From NCBI GenBank assembly GCA_041665485.1, contig JBAYIT010000005.1:1974-65973 (forward strand): DNA of 64,000 nucleotides. The letters are read 5' to 3'. Below, in pieces: positions 58,353-64,000 of the stretch. This stretch comes from Candidatus Shapirobacteria bacterium (GTDB lineage Bacteria > Patescibacteriota > Microgenomatia > UBA12405). Position numbers and translations under genes: made by a program. The first letter of the stretch is position 1. Each line of letters starts with the position of its first letter. A model generated the notes under the pieces. It was not told the origin of the DNA. It saw only the letters and a program-made list of their open reading frames with translations, and ran no database searches.

Positions 58353-59762
58353 TTAGATAAGTAGTTTTTCGAGGATTTGGCGGGCGAGGGCGGGATTGGC
58401 GGAACCAGCGGAAAGTTTCATAAGTTGACCAACTAAAAAGCCGATAGAATTGGGATTCTTTTTGTAGTCGTCGATGGCTTTAGGATTATCGGCTAAAACC
58501 TTTTTGGCTAAGTCTTCGATTTTGCCAGTATCAGAGACTTGAAAAAGATTTTGGTCTTTGGCTAAACTCAAGGGATCAGTGCCAGACTGATAGGAATCAA
58601 TAATTAGTTGTTTGATGGCAGTTGAGGATAATTCGCTTTTGTGATCAAAAAGATTTTTAAAGTGGATGGGATTAATTTTTCCAATATCAATGGAAATAGT
58701 TTTTAATGGTCCGATCATTAAATTGGTAACAAATTTAGCAAATTGAGGGTCAGTAGATTTATCTATGGCTTTTTCAAATGAGGAGGAAAAATCCGAATCT
58801 TCGGCCAAAAGACTGGCGTCGTAGTCGGAAAGGCCAAGTGATTTATATTTGGCAATTTTTTCTTGGGGAAGCTCGGGGATGACGGAGCGAATGGCTTCGA
58901 TATCTTCGTTGGTGAATTCAAAAGGAGGAATGTCGGGCTCGGGGAAATAACGATAGTCGGCACTTCCCTCTTTTTCCCGCTGTAAAAAAGTTTGGTTTTT
59001 ATCGGCATCCCAGCCGCGAGTAGTCTTATTACTAGAATTTTTGGTGATGCCGGTTTGTTGCCAGTCTTGATACTGGCGGTCGATTTCGAATTGAATGGCG
59101 GTCATGACGCCGGTTAGCGAAGCGACGTTTTTGATTTCGGCTAGGGGTGTATAAACAGTCTCTTCCCCTGTCTCAATTTTGAGGTTAACAGTGGGTTCGC
59201 AACGCATACTGCCTTTTTCAATATCAGCATCGGAAATGCTCAAATAACGAATTATTTGCTGAATTTTGTTTAAGTATTTTTTGGCCATTTGAGGGCTTTC
59301 GATATCCGGCTCGGAAACAATTTCAACTAGGGGTACACCGGAGCGATTGTAATCGAGAAGAGTTAGATCGTTAAGATGAACAGATTTACCAGTGTCCTCC
59401 TCCATGTGGACACGATTGATGCGAATGAGGTGGCCATCAATATCGATTTGACCGCCAATAGTAAATGGTTTTTGATATTGGCTAATTTGGTAGCCCTTGG
59501 GAAGATCGGGGTAAAAATAATTTTTGCGCTCAAAAAAAGACTGTTTGTTGACCGAACAGCCTAATGATAGCCCAAGTTTTAAGCACCAGTCGATAGCAGT
59601 TTTGTTGGGGACGGGCAGGGCGCCGGGGAGGCCAAGGCAGACGGGACAGGTGTGAGTGTTGGGGTCAACATGAAAGTGGTCGGCATTACAGTCGCAAAAC
59701 ATTTTGGATTTGGTTTTGAGTTCGACGTGGACTTCAAGACCGATGATGGGAGTAATAACCAT
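58353..59762 (-). CDS. gatB: Asp/Glu-tRNA amidotransferase subunit B
   Basis: IGLEVHVEL, YFYPDLPKGYQISQ, DYRYFPEPD. Confidence 0.98.
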   Translation of the reverse strand: MVITPIIGLEVHVELKTKSKMFCDCNADHFHVDPNTHTCPVCLGLPGALPVPNKTAIDWCLKLGLSLGCSVNKQSFFERKNYFYPDLPKGYQISQYQKPFTIGGQIDIDGHLIRINRVHMEEDTGKSVHLNDLTLLDYNRSGVPLVEIVSEPDIESPQMAKKYLNKIQQIIRYLSISDADIEKGSMRCEPTVNLKIETGEETVYTPLAEIKNVASLTGVMTAIQFEIDRQYQDWQQTGITKNSSNKTTRGWDADKNQTFLQREKEGSADYRYFPEPDIPPFEFTNEDIEAIRSVIPELPQEKIAKYKSLGLSDYDASLLAEDSDFSSSFEKAIDKSTDPQFAKFVTNLMIGPLKTISIDIGKINPIHFKNLFDHKSELSSTAIKQLIIDSYQSGTDPLSLAKDQNLFQVSDTGKIEDLAKKVLADNPKAIDDYKKNPNSIGFLVGQLMKLSAGSANPALARQILEKLLI

Positions 59763-59767
59763 AATTT

Positions 59768-59809
59768 AATTTTTAATTTGAAATTTTTAATTTTTAAACA
59801 ATTTTTAAT
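59768..59809. repeat. 42-bp AT-rich dispersed repeat, copy B
   Basis: 41/42 identical to 2066-2107; supplies the last codons and stop of the DinB-like gene. Confidence 0.8.
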
Positions 59810-60246
59810 GACTTAATTGTCTGTAAGTGATCGGTAACATGTTGGATCCAGATTGAAAGATATTTTTGTGGAGTACGACTTTTTTTCTCTGGAAATAGCG
59901 GTTTGTCCCAATAAATTTTATCCAAATTTCTTAATTTGTTAATTAGTTTTTGACTGGTCTGTTGATAGGTTTTAATCACATTTTGATAACTATCGTTTTT
60001 GAACTTGGCGGTAGAATTTTTATTAAGATTAGGGATAGTAACCCAAATAGATTTTTCAATTTTATTATTGATTAGGTTGTCTAATTCTTCAATAAAATGT
60101 TCATCCCAGCCAACAAGATGGGCAATGACATCTTTCAAACTCCACTTATCGAATATAATTTCCTCTCTTTTGGCGGCAGGAAAAGAGGAGATGGTTTCAA
60201 AAAAATCTTTTGAGGCGGATTGGAACTGGCTGATTCGGTCGGTCAT
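59794..60246 (-). CDS. DinB/DfsB-like four-helix bundle protein inserted between gatA and gatB
   Basis: WSLKDVIAHLVGW...HVTDH His triad. Confidence 0.8.
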   Translation of the reverse strand: MTDRISQFQSASKDFFETISSFPAAKREEIIFDKWSLKDVIAHLVGWDEHFIEELDNLINNKIEKSIWVTIPNLNKNSTAKFKNDSYQNVIKTYQQTSQKLINKLRNLDKIYWDKPLFPEKKSRTPQKYLSIWIQHVTDHLQTIKSLKIV

Positions 60247-61712
60247 AATTTAGGGGATTTCAGATGGTAATCGGTGAGGTTTTGGAACTGGTGGCCGAGG
60301 GAGAAGAGTTGAGATTCGGCAAAGTAATTGCCAATAAGCTGGAAGCCAACAGGAAGGTTTTGGGCAGTGAAACCGCCTGGAAGAGCGAGGGAGGGAAGGC
60401 CGGCGACATTAATACAGACAGTGTAAACATCGGCCAAATACATTTGAAGTGGATCGTTGGCTTTTTGGCCAATAGGCCAAGCGGGGGTGGGAGAAACGGG
60501 CGCCAGGATAACATCAACTTTTTCAAAAGCTTTTGAAAATTCCTGTTGAATTAAGTGCCTGACTTTCCAGGCTTGAGTGTAATAAGCATCGTAATAACCC
60601 GCAGAAAGGGCGTAGGTGCCAATAATAATCCGGCGCTTCATTTCCGGCTCCATAAATTCACCACGAGTGGAGAGATAATATTCAAGAAGGTTGGTTTGAT
60701 CACGTTTTGATTGGCCGAAACGAAGGCCGTCGTAGCGGGCCATGTTAGAAGAAATTTCGCAAGGAACTAAAACATAATAGACATCAATACCAAGACCAGT
60801 ACTGGGAAGACTAATATCGATAATTTGGGCGCCTTGAGCTTTAAGAGCTTCGACATTGTTTAGAACAATTTTTTTGACTTCGGGATCAAGGCTACCTTCA
60901 AAATATTCCTTAGGTAGGCCAATTTTTAGGCCAGTAAATTTTGATTGGTTTAGGAGGTTTAAATAATCGGGAACTGACTCTAGACTCGAAGTGGCGTCGA
61001 ACTGATCGTGGCCGGCCATAATGCCAGTAATTAAAGCGGCGTCCTGACTAGTTCTAGTAAAGGTGCCAGGGCAATCAAAAGAAGAGGCCATAGCAGTAAT
61101 ACCATAGCGGGAATTTCGGCCGTAGGTTGTCTTAATGCCAGTAAGACCACAAAGAGAAGCTGGTTGGCGGATAGAACCGCCAGTGTCGGTACCAAGAGCG
61201 AAAGTGCAAAAACCGGCAGAAAGGGCGGCAGCCGAACCACCACTAGAACCACCGGGGACTAGATCCAAATTCCAGGGATTGTGTGAAGTGAAAAAACCGC
61301 TATTTTCAGTACTGGCGCCAAAAGCAAAAGTGTCGGTGTTGGTTTTGCCAATTAAAATAGCATCTTCGTCAATCAGATGCTGATAAACAGTCGAGGAATA
61401 TTGAGGAATGAAACCCTTTAAAACTTGAGAACCAGCGGTGGTTTCGACACCTTGAGTCAAATAAATATCTTTAACGGCCATGACAGCGCCGGCGAGTTTA
61501 CCAAGGGGTTTGCCGGTGGCGATTTTAGTGTCAATCTCCTTGGCTTTATTGAGGGCAACTTCTTTTGTGACAGTAATAAAAGCTTTAACTTGAGGGTCAA
61601 ATTTTTCAATTCTGTCTAAATATTTTTGGGTTAATTCGAGACAACTAATTTGTTTGCTAACCAAGAGGTCACGGATTTCTAAAATAGTTAATAAATTTAA
61701 ATCGAGGGTCAT
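60243..61712 (-). CDS. gatA: Asp/Glu-tRNA amidotransferase subunit A
   Basis: PGGSSGGSAAA, GTDTGGSIRQPA, SSNMARYDG. Confidence 0.98.
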   Translation of the reverse strand: MTLDLNLLTILEIRDLLVSKQISCLELTQKYLDRIEKFDPQVKAFITVTKEVALNKAKEIDTKIATGKPLGKLAGAVMAVKDIYLTQGVETTAGSQVLKGFIPQYSSTVYQHLIDEDAILIGKTNTDTFAFGASTENSGFFTSHNPWNLDLVPGGSSGGSAAALSAGFCTFALGTDTGGSIRQPASLCGLTGIKTTYGRNSRYGITAMASSFDCPGTFTRTSQDAALITGIMAGHDQFDATSSLESVPDYLNLLNQSKFTGLKIGLPKEYFEGSLDPEVKKIVLNNVEALKAQGAQIIDISLPSTGLGIDVYYVLVPCEISSNMARYDGLRFGQSKRDQTNLLEYYLSTRGEFMEPEMKRRIIIGTYALSAGYYDAYYTQAWKVRHLIQQEFSKAFEKVDVILAPVSPTPAWPIGQKANDPLQMYLADVYTVCINVAGLPSLALPGGFTAQNLPVGFQLIGNYFAESQLFSLGHQFQNLTDYHLKSPKL

Positions 61713-62005
61713 TTGTCGATGGTTTGGGGAACAATAAAATAGCCGTTTTGTGAGTTTGCCTGACCCAAGGCTTTATCTTGGGGTAATGACTCTTTGATTT
61801 CGTCGGGGCGAAGAACATTTTTAGTCTTGCCGATTTGAAAAGTGGGAACAATTTGACTAACGTCGACTTGAGACAGATGGCCGATATGTTCCAAAATAGG
61901 CAGTAATTGAGAAGTGTAAAGTTCTTTTTCTTCGGGAGTTAATTTGAGCCGGGCCAATTTGGCCACGTGGTCGATATCAATTTGGGGTGTTTGACTGTTA
62001 TCCAT
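61709..62005 (-). CDS. gatC: Asp/Glu-tRNA amidotransferase subunit C
   Basis: HVAKLARL, LRPDE, GYFIVP. Confidence 0.93.
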   Translation of the reverse strand: MDNSQTPQIDIDHVAKLARLKLTPEEKELYTSQLLPILEHIGHLSQVDVSQIVPTFQIGKTKNVLRPDEIKESLPQDKALGQANSQNGYFIVPQTIDK

Positions 62006-62026
62006 CTTTGGGTTGATTATAACAAC

Positions 62027-63036
62027 CTAATTTCCAGACTTGAACAGTCTAGCTTTGAGGCGGAGGAGTTGCCAGCGGTATTTGTCAATTAAGTTATAAA
62101 GTTTATAAAGTTGCAAGTTTATCAAGAGATCGTAAGTACCGACGAATTGGACTAGGTCGCCGCCATAGCCTTGTTTGAAACGATGAAAGCCGTAACCATT
62201 GTCTATTTCCTTGGCATCGGGGCCAAGACAACCCCACATATCAAAAGATTTGAGTTTTAGAGATTTACCCAGTTTGATTACTTCCCACATCAAAAGAGTG
62301 GGGGCCATGACTTCGCGGTTGGTGTCTAGTGAAGCGCCGTATGGGTAAAAAAGGCGGTCTTTTTCAATAAAAAGCATGAATGAGGCAAGGGGTTGGTTTT
62401 GATAACTGGCAGTCATTATTCGAACTTTACCGGTGTTTTTTAATAGTTGCCAAAGTTTTTGATGATAAGAACGAGTATGGAGATAAAAACCCTGGCGCTT
62501 GGTGGTGTCGAAAAGTAGGTCTAAATAAACTTTAAAACCAGCGTCGGTGGTGGTGTCTTCAACTTTAACGTTGTAACGATTGGCGATACGAATGTTTAAC
62601 GGGTTTTGGGGTGCATGATAGCGAGAAGTTCGTCTTCGGTTTTAGTGAGATCAACGATAAAAGAATAAGGGTAAAAAGCAACTTTGGGAGAAACAACAAG
62701 GTTCTCGAAACCATAGCCAGTTTTACCAATAACATCGGGCTCAAATTTAACAAAAATAGCGTTTTCGTCGAGGGCGATTTTTTGAATATTGGTAATAGTC
62801 TCCTGCGTAATCTCCGGACCACGGAGAACGGTGCCGATAGAAAAGTTAGTGTGAGGAATTTTGTGGAAGGAAACGGAGTAGGCCGAGACCATTTTGGCTT
62901 TATCAAAAACTCCAAGGCGATAAACCTTGTGGCCCTGGCTTGTTTGAAAATCACCCCATTCCCAGGTTTGAACTGGATGGCGAACTAGGTCGTTGTATTG
63001 CTTTTTTTCTTCGGTATAGAGAATTCTGGTAATCAT
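62027..63036 (-). pseudogene. FemABX/MurM-family peptidoglycan aminoacyltransferase with a 1-nt frameshift
   Basis: QTWEWG...KTR then TAA; coding resumes in a shifted frame (NIRIA...YPYGAS...FKQGYGG); span is 1010 nt. Confidence 0.85.
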
Positions 63037-63039
63037 GAC

Positions 63040-64000
63040 TTAGTATATATCAGGATCGTAGATGAAATCGGAATCTGACCCTGGTTTTTGGGAACGGAGG
63101 TCGTGGATGATTTGGGTAGATTCGCGAAGTTCGGTTAAATCTGTGGGGATTTCATGGAGAAAACGAGAAGGTTCGTTTAGAGAACTTTTACCATAAAATA
63201 GGCGACGAGTGGCATAAGTTAAACATAAAAATTCTTTGGCCCGAGTAATGCCAACATAACAAAGACGACGTTCTTCTTCGATATCGTCATCAATTAGACT
63301 TCGAGAGTGGGGCAAAATCCCCTCTTCAAGTCCGACAATAAAGACGGCTTCAAATTCCAAACCCTTACTACTGTGCAAAGTCATTAGCCGGACGCCTTGT
63401 CTTTTTTCTTTGGAGCGGTTTTTTTCTTGAAGAGAATATTCCTGTTGAACCAGAGCAATGTTTTCTAGAAAATCGGCAAGTTTGGGGAAAGAAGTGGCCA
63501 CCGATTTTAGTTCTTTAATATTTTCTAAACGACGTTGATCATCTTCATCACTAGGGTCAAATTTATTTAAATAGCCGGAATTGGTTAAAACTGATTCTAA
63601 GACATCAATTGATTTTGATTTAGGAGAAAAGTTACCGAGATTAGAAACAAAAAGGGTTTTGAGTTTTTTGCCCAAGGCTTTTTCGATCCGGCCTTCCGAC
63701 AATTTGTCTTCAGGATTAAAGATAAAACGGAGCATGGCGACTAGATCTTTGATTTCAGCTCGGTCGTAAAAGCGTAGACCGCCAACAAGAACATAAGGGA
63801 TCTCGGCTTTAAGAAAGGCTTCTTCGATTACCCGTGATTGAGCATTGGTGCGATAAAGAACGGCAATATCGGAAAAAGCGAGATGGTAATTCATAACCAG
63901 AGTATTGATTTCATTCCCTACAAAACTGGCTTCATCGAGCTCCGAGGCGGCGGAAAAAACATGAATCAACCGGCTGTCTGGTTTGGTGGCCTTGAGGCTT
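63040..64000 (-). CDS. pcrA: PcrA/UvrD helicase, 3' part
   Basis: AVLYRTNAQSR, GGLRFYDRAEIKD, MTLHSSKGLEF, EEERRLCYVGITRA. Confidence 0.93.
   Translation of the reverse strand, partial: SLKATKPDSRLIHVFSAASELDEASFVGNEINTLVMNYHLAFSDIAVLYRTNAQSRVIEEAFLKAEIPYVLVGGLRFYDRAEIKDLVAMLRFIFNPEDKLSEGRIEKALGKKLKTLFVSNLGNFSPKSKSIDVLESVLTNSGYLNKFDPSDEDDQRRLENIKELKSVATSFPKLADFLENIALVQQEYSLQEKNRSKEKRQGVRLMTLHSSKGLEFEAVFIVGLEEGILPHSRSLIDDDIEEERRLCYVGITRAKEFLCLTYATRRLFYGKSSLNEPSRFLHEIPTDLTELRESTQIIHDLRSQKPGSDSDFIYDPDIY

Noticed and set aside
62590-62615. Programmed -1 frameshift in femABX
   Set aside because: No in-frame X XXY YYZ site, and a shift would not restore the conserved Tyr.

Overview
A 64-kb chromosomal segment from a reduced-genome bacterium, most likely Patescibacteria/CPR (Microgenomates-like). 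The assignment is inferred from the gene repertoire, short AlaRS/IF2, a protease-less Lon, BaseJ-like and PsbP-like surface proteins and pervasive leaderless gene starts. The backbone is housekeeping and almost entirely on the minus strand: rpoB-rpoC-rpsL-rpsG, fusA, alaS, ftsK, proS, rnj, pnp-rpsO, nusA-infB, hrcA-grpE-dnaK-dnaJ, rmuC, two UvrD helicases, gatCAB and a frameshifted femABX gene. Many 1-3 gene accessory islets interrupt it, along with dispersed palindromic and 7/8-mer repeats. I recognised no rRNA, tRNA, CRISPR array, integrase or transposase. Best candidates for something new: (1) a NYN ribonuclease gene bracketed by two homologous, opposite-strand tiny RNA units, each with promoter, AAUCACG, hairpin and U-tract; (2) an orphan gene integrated into the pnp 3' end with a perfect 32-bp duplication and no recombinase; (3) a sulfotransferase plus non-canonical QueC two-gene cassette; (4) variable surface-protein domains bounded by DNA-conserved QILSTF anchors; (5) an ultrashort Pro T-box. 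All calls come from motif recognition by eye; no searches were run.
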